Assembly (NCBI GenBank): GCA_963575745.1
Contig: CAUYUJ010000194.1
Span: forward strand, 62,001-116,984
DNA from: Prorocentrum cordatum
Lineage: Eukaryota
DNA: 54,984 bases
Direction: 5' to 3'
Position 1 is the stretch's first letter. Every line of letters begins with the position of its first letter. A model generated the notes under the pieces. That model searched no databases, was not told where the DNA came from, and worked only from the letters and a program-made list of their open reading frames with translations. Positions 33,056 to 43,900 of this stretch are shown here, piece after piece. The translations under genes were made by a program, and so were the position numbers.

Positions 33056-35429
33056 CTGGGCGCCGGCGGTAAACCGTCAACCTTGGTCACCGCCGGGGAA
33101 CTCGTAGAGCTTCCTACCTCGACTTAAGTTGAGACAACCGATTGCACCTACCAACATTCCGACTTACAGTGAATATTTGTTGACCTCTGAATGCGACAGG
33201 CGGACGGGATGTCTGCGAATCGACCCCTGTCATTACCAGCCCTGCAGCCCCCCTACAGCCCGAGTTAAGTGCAGAAATTCGACAGCACCTCTCAGAATGA
33301 CTCGAACAATACAATAGTTTCGCGGACCTAGTTCGGGCAGCAGACCGAGTTCCGAGCTCTGGACTCGAAAGGCGGACGTGCCTGATCTCTTCAAAGCGAG
33401 TACTGTGACAACAAGCACTGTAGCCCCCCTCAGCGCGAGTTGAGTGAAGAAAACCGAGAGCACTTCTCAAGATGACTCGACCAATACGAATAATTTCGCG
33501 ATTCTAGATCGGGCAGCAAACCGAGTCCAGAGCTCTAGATTCGACAGACAAACGCAACTGATGATTCTGAATCGATTTCTGCAAGTATCACCTCCGTAGC
33601 TGTCCTATAGCTCGAGTTAAGTACAGGAAACCGAGAGCGTCCGTCAAGATGACTCGAATAATACGAATATGTTTGCGAACCTAGCTCGGCTAGCAGACCG
33701 AGTTCAGACCTCTGGGTTCAACAGACGAACGCGCCTGATCATTCTAAATCCATGAGCTGCTTACCAGCTCTGTAGCTGCCCTGAAGCTCGAGTTATCTCG
33801 AGAAAACCGTCACCGCGTATCAAGATGACTCGAAACAGCCGATCCCGCCAGAGTGCTTTTTGGCAGTAAAAGGTACCCGATCGAGCTGAGATTAAGATGG
33901 CGAGCGGGAATATGATCGAATATCACGGGAAAAAATACTAGAGCTCTAACGAATGTTCAAATTCCGAGAACAAAATTTTCAACCGACCAAAAGTCACCAA
34001 AAGTTCCGTCGAGATTTTTCTTGCCAACTGGGCGCCGGCGGTAAACCGTCAACCTTTCTTACCGCCGGGGGACTCGTAGAGCTTCCTGACAATATATAAT
34101 GTGGAAAAGAATTTCAGAGAACGACTAGTTTTTCAGCCCAAGCGATTATAGACCTCTCAAGATGACTCTAACAAAACAAACGAACAGTTTTCCAATCGAG
34201 CTCGAGTATGAAACCGAGTTCAGACCTCTGAATGCGACAGGCGGACGCGTCTGATGTCTGCGGATCGATTCCTGTGATTACCAGCTCTGCAGCCCCCCAT
34301 ACAGCCTGAGTTAAAGTGCAGAAAACCGAGAGTACCTCTCAGGATGACTCGAATAATACAACAGTTTCGCGGATCTCGTTCGAGCAGCAGACGAGTTCCG
34401 AGCTCTCGGTTCGACGAACGGACGCGCCTGATGTCTCGAAATCGATTCCTGTGACCAGCAGCACTGTAGCCCCCCCCAGCACGATTTAAGTACAGAAAAC
34501 CGAGAGCACTTCTCAAGATGACTCGAACAATACCAATAGGTTCGCGAACCTAGCTCGGGGAGCAGGCCGAGTTCAGAGCTCTTGATTCAACAGACGAACG
34601 CGCCTGATAATTCTCAATCGATTTCTGTGATTATCAGCTCTGTGGCTGCCCTACAGATCGAGTTAAGTACGAAAAACCGAGAGCGTCTGCTACAATGACT
34701 CGAAGAATACGAATAGGTTTGCGACCCTAGCTCGGCTAGCAGACCGAGTTCAGACCTCTGGATTCAACAGGCGAACGCGCCTGATCATTCTGAATGCATT
34801 AGCTGCTGACCAGCTCTTAGTTGTCCTGAAGCTCGAGTTATCTTGAGAAAACCGACAGCGCGTATCAAGATGACTCGAAACGGCCGTTCCCGCCTGTGCT
34901 TTTTGGCCTTCAAAGTTACCCGATCGAGCTGAGATCAAGATGGCGAGCGGGAATAAGATCGAATATCATGGGAAAAAATACTAGAGCTCTAACGAATGGT
35001 CAAATTTCGAGAACAAAATTTTCAACCGACCAAAAGTCAGCAAAAGGTCCGTCGAGATTTTTCTTGCCAACTAGCTCTCCAGCTCCCCGGAATTACTCTT
35101 AAGCTTCCAGCAACTGGGCGCCGGCGGTAAACCGTCAACCTTTCTTTTTGCGGCTTTGCGAGGCTCCTACTGGCCCTAGGGCCACGAGCAAGCATGAGGT
35201 CAGGTGTCATCAGGAAGCGAAAGCTCTTATTCGAACCTAAAGTCAAGACAACCCAGAGCAGCGAAGCTGCGATGAATCATCAATCACAAATATGAGCGAA
35301 CGAGCAAACGCACACAGAAATGAATCAAAGTGCAGTCAACTAAACATGCAAGAGAAAAGAGAAGTCCCAGCGAAAGCTGAGTAAATCATAGTATGAGGAA
35401 GAACAGTGAAATAAGAAAAACTGCAACTA

Positions 35430-38400
35430 TCAAGTCTGTGATAACCATAGAACTGCCTGTGGGAGCGCAGTCACGATGCACTCCAAAGCACTGAGTTCTG
35501 TATCAGTAACAGTTGTGGTCGGAGAAATAAGCCAAGCCCTCTCAAAAACTGACTTCCATATCAGCTGAGCGGGGTCCCGTCGATCCCAATACCGAGGTTT
35601 GAGGCCTATGTCTATCCAGCAACCGCACCCACATCCCTCAGACGACACGCCGCCATCGAAACCAGCCCGAATAGCAGCAGCAACGTAAAATTCTGTCTCA
35701 TAATCATGTGTATACGGACTACATTCTGAACTAGAAATCTGGCCCTCTCGGGCCTGGTGTGTTAGAACGTCGGCACGAGTGTTCCACTCCCGAAAATCAT
35801 GACGAATAAGATCCATACCCGGCGCTGGAGGTCGTATATTATAGCTGCAACAAAGCCCATCAAGCGTATTGATAATTTTTGATATTCTATCCGCATATGA
35901 TCTATTATCTGCACGCCACCGTCCCGTAGCCCAGCTAACCACGAGAAGCGAGTCACCCACCACCTCCAGAGGGATTCCAGGGGCCTCCAGGTTCCAACGG
36001 GTTGCTTTCATATTATGAAGAGCGATGCGCTTTGCAAGTTTCTCAGCAGCCATCGGACTATCATCCGTGCTCACCTGGATTTCACCATGCTCGGAGGGCG
36101 CCAAATATGCGGGCGAACTCACAGGTCCGCACGTCGACACCTCCTGGAAACATTGAAGCATGCTATGAGTACAAAGGTGCGTGGCGTATTGCATAAATCC
36201 AAGCTGGGAGCCTGTGAAATGAATCCACCAATCATCTCCGAAAAACTCAGCTAATGTATATTGCCATGATCTCTGTCCAATACTCTCCGTACCTCGACAG
36301 CGACGTTTGTAAGAAGAGGCCTCCGACCAGTTGCCAAAGTGTCTCATCGTCTCGCTCATAAGTGTACGAGTGCGGTCAGTGTACGGTCCAAAACATAAAC
36401 TCGCCATACGGGAATCGCGCCATGTCCTCTCCGCCGCCTTCAAGTCAATCACTTTCTCAACAATCATGCCATTTGCGAAACTTGCAATGTCTTTTGCGAA
36501 ATTCCAGTGCAATATCAGATAACGCTGGACAAGAGAGGAGTACCCAGCCTTCAAGAAACGTTCCCGTGCGACATGATATCTCCTCTGCTGATAAGCTTGC
36601 TCCGTTTCCGTCGGGCCTTTTCGAGAAGAGATCATCATCTTCAGGCATTTCCCTTCGAAGGAATGGAGAAACGAGAGAGTATAAGAATCTGCAGTGGTGG
36701 TCTCCATACCATACAGAGCCAGGCTCTGGACTCTGTCCTGGTATCTCCGCAGCTTATCCTTGAGAGGAATACAGTGCGACCTGAAATACCCTGCCTGAGA
36801 GTAAAATGCGCGACGAGCACAGTCTACGCGAAAAGAAACATCACGATGTACAGAACAGCTATATTCACTATGCAGCTGCGTGCCCAGTACGTCCATAGAA
36901 ACAACTCTACGGTAACATAACTCATCAATCTGCTGCACTGCATTCCTCCCGTCACATGCATCTGAGAAGATCGGTATTTTAAGATCCATCGAACGCGGGA
37001 TATTCCCGTCCTCATCCAAGACAGCAGGAGCTCCGCACACCATGTACTTCAGCGATGTGGGTTTCCATCGCATCGAGAAGTTGTAAAGTGGAAGTGTCAA
37101 GTCTCTTACCATACGAGTAAGCTCCTCACGGCTACGACTGACGAGGTACACGTTATCTGCCCAGATAAAATGATTCACCACCGACCGATGCTCCGTACCG
37201 AAATCTACCGCATACCCCATGCCCTGAACGTCCCAATTATGAATAACGTCACCCCACATGGCAGCAATAATGAGGTTAAAGCCCAAGGGCCCTTCTGGGC
37301 CTCCAGTCCTAATACAGGTGTCCCACTGGATGTTATCAATCTCCAACCCGTCATAGTAGAGGCAGCCCGTGCTGTGCGATAACGGATCCAGAAACGCGTG
37401 CTGTAAATACGCAGGGACACGTGCATGCTCAAGACCCTTATGAACGTTCTGTATCGTGCAGTTGTCAAAGGCCTGGTATATGTCCATGTCCGCAACGTAC
37501 AGACACTCACGCTTCCCCCACTTGTCCCCGTGCATACACATGTTAGTAAGGCTACTCGTGATATGGGATGTGCTGTGACCCTGACGGAACCCATAGAGGC
37601 CCAGAGGATGAAATAGCTTAGACTCTTCCACATGCTGCTCCACCAGGATAACTACGCACGCCGAGAACCAGCGAGTTATGCTATTCTGTAAGCACAAGAG
37701 TCGAGCATCCGCCAAGTTCGTGATCCCCTTTAGTTTAGGCATGTATGCAATGAGAATGTCCCTCCATCGAACAGGGTACTGGACAACCAGCCTCAAAAGA
37801 GAGTCGAAGATCTGTTGGATGTGCCGAACTGTGCACCATGGGAGAAGCTTGAGCATTTCACAAGGTACGCGATCCGGTCCTGTTGCCCGTCGCGTTCGAA
37901 GACGAGCCCTCGCTGCACAACATATCGACATCGTAATACTTCGAATGATCTGGCCACCCTTGATCTCCTCCTCCGCCTTCCTCCTGATTTCCTCCATCAA
38001 GTTGCTGTTCTCCTCCCTCCTACGCTGTGATGTCACCTTCCCCTTAACATGCTCCTCCAACTTCTCCTTCAAGATATATCTATCCTCCGTCTCCCATCCA
38101 TCAACCACCACATGTTTGATACGATGTCGAATCTTACGACGAGTCGGGGGTACAGCCCATTCAAGAAGATCACGCCGATACTGTCTCCTCCAAACATTGG
38201 CAGCTGCTCTGAGTCTCTTTTTCTCTGGACCATTCTGAAGGGACCGAATCCGCTCTTCGAGACGTGTGAGCTCGGGCGGGCGAGTAGGCGCTGGAGGCCG
38301 GGCAGCTGAGGCCGTGGAGTAATCCACATCCTCCTGCGTAAATGCTTTCAAAATGACAGGAGCGGTCTCTGTCACGTCCTGTGGTCGTGTCGACGCAGCT

Positions 38401-39419
38401 GGAGGGGAACCACATCCAGCAAACACGGCACCGCAAAACTCGAGGTCAACCCTTTCCCTCCCTATCATCTCGTCCGCATACGTCTGAGCCCGCCATCCCA
38501 CCAAAGAAGGTTCCCTATGCACACGCTCGACTGTCCAATCAGTCCTGCCAGGACTGGACTGTCGTACTGTGCACATAACTAGAGCATGATCAGCAAGTCT
38601 ACTACGATTATGAGTTCCTCCGCTGCGATACTTGAAATCGATCTTACACTCCTGCACCTCCCACCCCATCGGAACCATCACATAGTCTAAGACTCTCCTC
38701 ATCGATCTAGTCCGAGAACGATTTCGCTCTTGTCCCCAGGGCTCCCAGGTCGGGCGACGACGGTCGAAGGTGTTGGCAGCTAACAAACCCCAAGTCTGCA
38801 TAAAGGTCAGCAAGTTATCCGTCAATATCTGCCTCCTATCCTTCCTCTCCCTCTCCGCCTTCCCCTCAGATCCCGTCCTCCTCCATGATTTCGTACCTGT
38901 CCCAGTGGCAGCATAACCCTGACCTGCAACCTCAAGCTGAACAAGTGGTGGCAACTCAACATTGGCATCCGCAAGCAAACAAAAGCTGGCCTGACGATAT
39001 TTCTGCTTCAAGAGACGGATCTGACCCTCCAACTCCCCCAGCATTTCCGCCGATTCAAGATCACACTGATCACGATCATGATGTGGAAAATAAGCCGAAC
39101 ATATGATCACCTGAGACGCCTCCGTTCCAAACACACCCAAGACAAATCTATCGCAGTCTGTGACACATTCGCGCAGGAGTTGGGCCCACCCATGGGCATA
39201 CAACAAGCCTGCACGTCTATCCCTGGAAGGTTTAAAATGCCAACCGAGTCTATCTAATTCAGCTGAGTCAAAGAACTCACACTCTTGCAAACCGAAAATT
39301 GAAGAGGCTCCTATCTTCCTCAGAGATGTTAGAACCTCGGTCCCACGTGAGTTGGAAACACCCGAATTACCTACATTCCATGTTCCGATACGAAGTCCCT
39401 TGCTCCAATATCGTTTTTG
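35430..39419 (-). CDS. LINE ORF2 polyprotein: APE endonuclease, reverse transcriptase, circularly permuted RNase H-like domain
   Basis: Frame is open upstream of the track start (39290) through QKRYWSKGLRIGTWNVG..FGLQE to the ORF1 TGA. APE motifs TWN, LQE, YFP, DAN, LDY, ADH. RT motifs DIYQAFD, RTGG, WADN. Then GDS..READ-like block (REWNTRAD) followed by FDGG..TEL. Confidence 0.92.
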   Translation of the reverse strand, partial: QKRYWSKGLRIGTWNVGNSGVSNSRGTEVLTSLRKIGASSIFGLQECEFFDSAELDRLGWHFKPSRDRRAGLLYAHGWAQLLRECVTDCDRFVLGVFGTEASQVIICSAYFPHHDRDQCDLESAEMLGELEGQIRLLKQKYRQASFCLLADANVELPPLVQLEVAGQGYAATGTGTKSWRRTGSEGKAERERKDRRQILTDNLLTFMQTWGLLAANTFDRRRPTWEPWGQERNRSRTRSMRRVLDYVMVPMGWEVQECKIDFKYRSGGTHNRSRLADHALVMCTVRQSSPGRTDWTVERVHREPSLVGWRAQTYADEMIGRERVDLEFCGAVFAGCGSPPAASTRPQDVTETAPVILKAFTQEDVDYSTASAARPPAPTRPPELTRLEERIRSLQNGPEKKRLRAAANVWRRQYRRDLLEWAVPPTRRKIRHRIKHVVVDGWETEDRYILKEKLEEHVKGKVTSQRRREENSNLMEEIRRKAEEEIKGGQIIRSITMSICCAARARLRTRRATGPDRVPCEMLKLLPWCTVRHIQQIFDSLLRLVVQYPVRWRDILIAYMPKLKGITNLADARLLCLQNSITRWFSACVVILVEQHVEESKLFHPLGLYGFRQGHSTSHITSSLTNMCMHGDKWGKRECLYVADMDIYQAFDNCTIQNVHKGLEHARVPAYLQHAFLDPLSHSTGCLYYDGLEIDNIQWDTCIRTGGPEGPLGFNLIIAAMWGDVIHNWDVQGMGYAVDFGTEHRSVVNHFIWADNVYLVSRSREELTRMVRDLTLPLYNFSMRWKPTSLKYMVCGAPAVLDEDGNIPRSMDLKIPIFSDACDGRNAVQQIDELCYRRVVSMDVLGTQLHSEYSCSVHRDVSFRVDCARRAFYSQAGYFRSHCIPLKDKLRRYQDRVQSLALYGMETTTADSYTLSFLHSFEGKCLKMMISSRKGPTETEQAYQQRRYHVARERFLKAGYSSLVQRYLILHWNFAKDIASFANGMIVEKVIDLKAAERTWRDSRMASLCFGPYTDRTRTLMSETMRHFGNWSEASSYKRRCRGTESIGQRSWQYTLAEFFGDDWWIHFTGSQLGFMQYATHLCTHSMLQCFQEVSTCGPVSSPAYLAPSEHGEIQVSTDDSPMAAEKLAKRIALHNMKATRWNLEAPGIPLEVVGDSLLVVSWATGRWRADNRSYADRISKIINTLDGLCCSYNIRPPAPGMDLIRHDFREWNTRADVLTHQAREGQISSSECSPYTHDYETEFYVAAAIRAGFDGGVSSEGCGCGCWIDIGLKPRYWDRRDPAQLIWKSVFERAWLISPTTTVTDTELSALECIVTALPQAVLWLSQT

Positions 39420-40823
39420 TCATTGGCGTCTGTTGACCTCACTCTCTAACATCTGCTTAGTGACAGCCGCCACCGCAGGAAATGCGCTGACAACCTGCTG
39501 CCACTGCGGCTCGTGCACCTCCCAAGTATTACGAGCTGAAGTGAATGTGGCAATATTGATGGGACGCAAAGCACCCTTGGCGACGGTCCATATCAACGAT
39601 CGCGGTGGTCCAATTTCTCCTCTCACTTCGATCTGGGCGTGCTGTTGCGTCATCGTTCTGAACGCTCCGCAAAACCTCGCCACAGCTTTAACGTGATCCC
39701 TTTTCCAAGGTGCGCACTCGATTTGGACACGTAAATTTGATCCTGGGAACTGAATCGCAAGGCCCTCAGTCAAGACTGCAGGTAAGGGCAGACCATTGTG
39801 CCCATCAACAGTATTCTTAATGATTGCATCCCACTTCTTTTTAATCGTCCAGAGCAGGTCCCTACTCGTATTGGGTTTGAAACTGATCTTGACACTGCCA
39901 AACATATACCTGCCCGAATTGATACGCTCAGTTGTTTCACGATCTACTGCATCCTTCTCGAGTTGATTGCATCGCTCCAAGCAATTGTCGATAAGTTTTT
40001 GGCAATCACTCCACGTTAGGAGTTGCTCCGCCCGCGCGCCATGATCTGACCAATTCGTCACCCACCCCTTCAACTCAATGTATGTCGGTCTGAAATCCTG
40101 GAAACGCGAGCTGGGAGATAAGCCAGGCGGCCCGCCGCCTCCAATACCTCCACCAGCCGTAGTACGAGAAACATCTGATCCAGCACCACTTCCATTATGT
40201 ACTTGACGCAGGGCCTCTTCAAATTTATTCATCCTCTCCTCCATCTTATTAGCTCTGTCATCGTGCTTCTGCAATGTACTCTCCACGGCTTTGATATGAT
40301 TGTTCGTGTTCTGAATGGTCTGTAAAATCTCCTCCTTACTATCCTCTGCTTTGAAGAAATGGTCCATGACGAACCGCTCAAACCCAGTGGTGGCAGTTTT
40401 CATCATCTCCTCACGTTGTTTTTGAATATCACCTCCATTCCTCGGTCTCTTGTTTTCTTTATTTGTGTCCACAGCAGCGTTCATATTTGCATCAACCGAA
40501 GAGGATGCACCCAACATTATTGCTTCTGAAATCTGTGATGGAATACCCCACTTGTTTAGAAATGCTTTGTCGTCTTCACGCTGTCGTTTCCCTGATGCAC
40601 GCTCCAAGGATCTTAAATCAGCGGCGTCCCAAGGTTCAAATTGATCCAAGTAGTCGAAATGATCCACACGGTCCTCTCGAGGTGTCAATGGGCAGTCAAG
40701 ATCTTGACTTGTATTCTGATGCCACTGAGCAACTGTTTCGTTCCAACGCCCCAATCCAATTGCTTCCAACAAAGCTTGTCTCGACTCGGGTGTGTCGTAC
40801 GACGTGGTCCCAAATACTTGCAC
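39420..40823 (-). CDS. LINE ORF1 protein (coiled coil plus putative RNA-binding region); start uncertain
   Basis: 467-codon open frame from a GTG. The first ATG of the element is in frame at 40517 (365 aa). Heptad-like segment IQNTNNHIKAVESTLQKHDDRANKMEERMNKFEEAL. Homologous to copy B ORF1. Confidence 0.8.
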   Translation of the reverse strand: MQVFGTTSYDTPESRQALLEAIGLGRWNETVAQWHQNTSQDLDCPLTPREDRVDHFDYLDQFEPWDAADLRSLERASGKRQREDDKAFLNKWGIPSQISEAIMLGASSSVDANMNAAVDTNKENKRPRNGGDIQKQREEMMKTATTGFERFVMDHFFKAEDSKEEILQTIQNTNNHIKAVESTLQKHDDRANKMEERMNKFEEALRQVHNGSGAGSDVSRTTAGGGIGGGGPPGLSPSSRFQDFRPTYIELKGWVTNWSDHGARAEQLLTWSDCQKLIDNCLERCNQLEKDAVDRETTERINSGRYMFGSVKISFKPNTSRDLLWTIKKKWDAIIKNTVDGHNGLPLPAVLTEGLAIQFPGSNLRVQIECAPWKRDHVKAVARFCGAFRTMTQQHAQIEVRGEIGPPRSLIWTVAKGALRPINIATFTSARNTWEVHEPQWQQVVSAFPAVAAVTKQMLESEVNRRQ

Positions 40824-40917
40824 GAAGAATTACGATATGCACCTCAGGCTCTGCTGATCACTACCGCTGGCCTTGGCGGAGGTAGCCCAGGCAGGACAAA
40901 GTCAGCGGCTCCGTGAC

Positions 40918-40940
40918 CTTGAGCCGACACGCCTTGAGCC
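40918..40940 (-). other. Tandem dinoflagellate spliced-leader-like relics at the 5' end of LINE copy D
   Basis: Minus strand GGCTCAAG-GCGTGTC-GGCTCAAG. The DinoSL ends CCATTTTGGCTCAAG, and relics recur with a 15-nt period. Confidence 0.65.
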
Positions 40941-43900
40941 GGGGGACTCGAAGAGCTTCCTGACAACATATAATGTGGGAAATAATTTCAGAGAACGACT
41001 AGTTTTTCAGCCCAAGCGATTATAGACCTCTCAAGATGACTCTAACAAAACAAACGAACAGTTTTCCAATCGAGCTCGAGTATGAAACCGAGTTCAGACC
41101 TCTGAATGAGACAGGCGGACGCGTCTGATGTCTGCAGATCGATTCCTGTGATTACCAGCTCTGCAGCCCCCCATACAGCCTGAGTTAAGTGCAGAAAACC
41201 GAGAGTACCTCTCAGGATGACTCGAATAATACAACAGTTTCGCGGATCTCGTTCGAGCAGCAGACCGAGTTCCGAGCTCTCGGTTCGACGAACGGACGCG
41301 CCTGATGTCTCGAAATCGATTCCTGTGACCAGCAGCACTGTAGCCCTCCCCCAGCACGATTTAAGTACAGAAAACCGAGAGCACTTCTCAAGATGACTCG
41401 AACAATACCAATAGGTTCGCGAACCTAGCTCGGGGAGCAGGCCGAGTTCAGAGCTCTTGATTCAACAGACGAACGCGCCTGATAATTCTCAATCGATTTC
41501 TGTGATTATCAGCTCTGTGGCTGCCCTACAGATCGAGTTAAGTACGAAAAACCGAGAGCGTCTGCTACAATGACTCGAATAATACGAATAGGTTTGCGAC
41601 CCTAGCTCGGCTAGCAGACCGAGTTCAGACCTCTGGATTCAATAGGCGAACGCGCCTGATCATTCTGAATGCATTAGCGGTGCTGACCAGCTCTGTAGTT
41701 GTCCTGAAGCTCGAGTTATCTTGAGAAAACCGACAGCGCGTATCAAGATTACTCGAAACGGCCGTTCCCGCCTGCCTGCTTTTTGGCCTTCAAAGTTACC
41801 CGATCGAGCTGAGATCAAGATGGCGAGCGGGAATAAGATCGAATATCATGGGAAAAAATACTAGAGCTCTAACGAATGTTCAAATTTTGAGAACGAAATT
41901 TTCAACCGACCAAAAGTCACCAAAAGGTCCGTCGAGATGTTTCTTGCCAACTGGGCGCCGGCGGTAAACCGTCAACCTTTCTTATCGCCGGGGGACTCGT
42001 AGAGCTTCCTGACAATATATGATTTGGAAAAGAATTTCAGAGAACGACTAGTTTTTCAGCCCAAGCGATTATAGACCTCTCAAGATGACTCTAACAAAAC
42101 AAACAAACAGTTTTCCAATCGAGCTCGAGTATGAAACCGAGTTCAGACCTCTGAATGCGACAGGCGGACGCGTCTGATGTCTGCGGATCGATTCCTGTGA
42201 TTACCAGCTCTGCAGCCCCCCATACAGCCTGAGTTAAGTGCAGAAAACCGAGAGTACCTCTCAGGATGACTCGAATAATACAACAGTTTCGCGGATCTCG
42301 CTCGAGCAGCAGACCGAGTTCCGAGCTCTCGGTTCGACGAACGGACGCGCCTGATGTCTCGAAATCGATTCCTGTGACCAGCAGCACTGTAGCCCTCCCC
42401 CAGCACGATTTAAGTACAGAAAACCGAGAGCACTTCTCAAGATGACTCGAACAAGACCAATAGGTTCGCGAACCTAGCTCGGGGAACAGGCCGAGTTCAG
42501 AGCTCTTGATTCAACAGACGAACGCGCCTGATAATTCTCAATCGATTTCTGTGATTAGCAGCTCTGTGGCTGCCCTACAGATCGAGTTAAGTACGGAAAA
42601 CCGAGAGCGTCTGCTACAATTACTGGCGCCGGCGGTGAACCGTCAACCTGGTCACCGCCGGGAACCTCGTAGAGCTCCTCTCACTAGTAAGAGTGCAGAG
42701 AATCGACACAGAATCAAAAAATGGAGATTTTTCGAAAATCTTGAAATTCGATTTTTTTCGATGTTCATATTCGCTCAGTTCCCGGAAGTCAACTCATGCA
42801 AAAATCCATCGAGAGAGCTGAGCTGCTGTCAGAGAGGAGTTCATATGCCAATGCTCGGCGTAAAAATCTGCTTTTTCAAAATAAATGGTCAAATATCTTT
42901 CAAATTTTCGCAAAACCACCCAAACTGGGCGCCGGCGGTAAACCGTCAACCTTTCTTACCGCCGGGGGACTCGTAGAGCTTCCTGACAATATATAATGTG
43001 GAAAAGAATTTCAGAGAACGACTAGTTTTTCAGCCCAAGCGATTATAGACCTCTGATAACTCTAACAAAACAAACGAACAGTTTTCCAATCGAGCTCGAG
43101 TATGAAACCGAGTTCAGACCTCTGAATGCGACAGGCGGACGCGTCTGATGTCTGCGGATCGATTCCTGTGATTACCAGCTCTGCAGCCCCCCATACAGCC
43201 TGAGTTAAGTGCAGAAAACCGAGAGTACTCTCAGGATGACTCGAATAATACAACAGTTTCGCGGATCTCGTTCGAGCAGCAGACCGAGTTCCGAGCTCTC
43301 GGTTCGACGAACGGACGCGCCTGATGTCTCGAAATCGATTCCTGTGACCAGCAGCACTGTAGCCCTCCCCCAGCACGATTTAAGTACAGAAAACCGAGAG
43401 CACTTCTCAAGATGACTCGAACAATACGAATAGGTTCGCGAACCTAGCTCGGGAGCAGGCCGAGTTCAGAGCTCTTGATTCAACAGACGAACGCGCCTGA
43501 TAATTCTGAATCGATTTCTGTGATTATCAGCTCTGTGGCTGCCCTACAGATCGAGTTAAGTACGAAAAACCGAGAGCGTCTGCTACAATGACTCGAATAA
43601 TACGAATAGGTTTGCGACCCTAGCTCGGCTAGCAGACCGAGTTCAGACCTCTGGATTCAACAGGCGAACGCGCCTGATAATTCTGAATGCATTAGCTGTG
43701 CTGACCAGCTCTGTAGTTGTCCTCAAGCTCGAGTTATCTTGAGAAAACCGACAGCGCGTATCAAGATGACTCGAAACGGCCGTTCCCGCCTGCCTGCTTT
43801 TTCGCCTTCAAAGTTACCCGATCGAGCTGAGATCAAGATGGCGATCGGAAATAACATCGAATATCATGGGAAAAAATACTAGAGCTCTAACGAATGGTCA

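Larger units (their letters stand above)
35145..40940 (-). mobile_element. Non-LTR retrotransposon copy D, apparently full length (~5.8 kb)
   Basis: ccgtcaacctttc|ttttt at left. Right junction shares gcc (40938-40940) with target gccgggggactc, and acc is missing. Uninterrupted ORF1 and ORF2, ~280-bp 3' UTR, SL-like 5' end. Confidence 0.95.

Noticed and set aside
14965..35113. Centromeric higher-order satellite
   Set aside because: The 178-bp period is suggestive, but monomers occur only in short runs inside bounded elements. Centromere function cannot be read from sequence.
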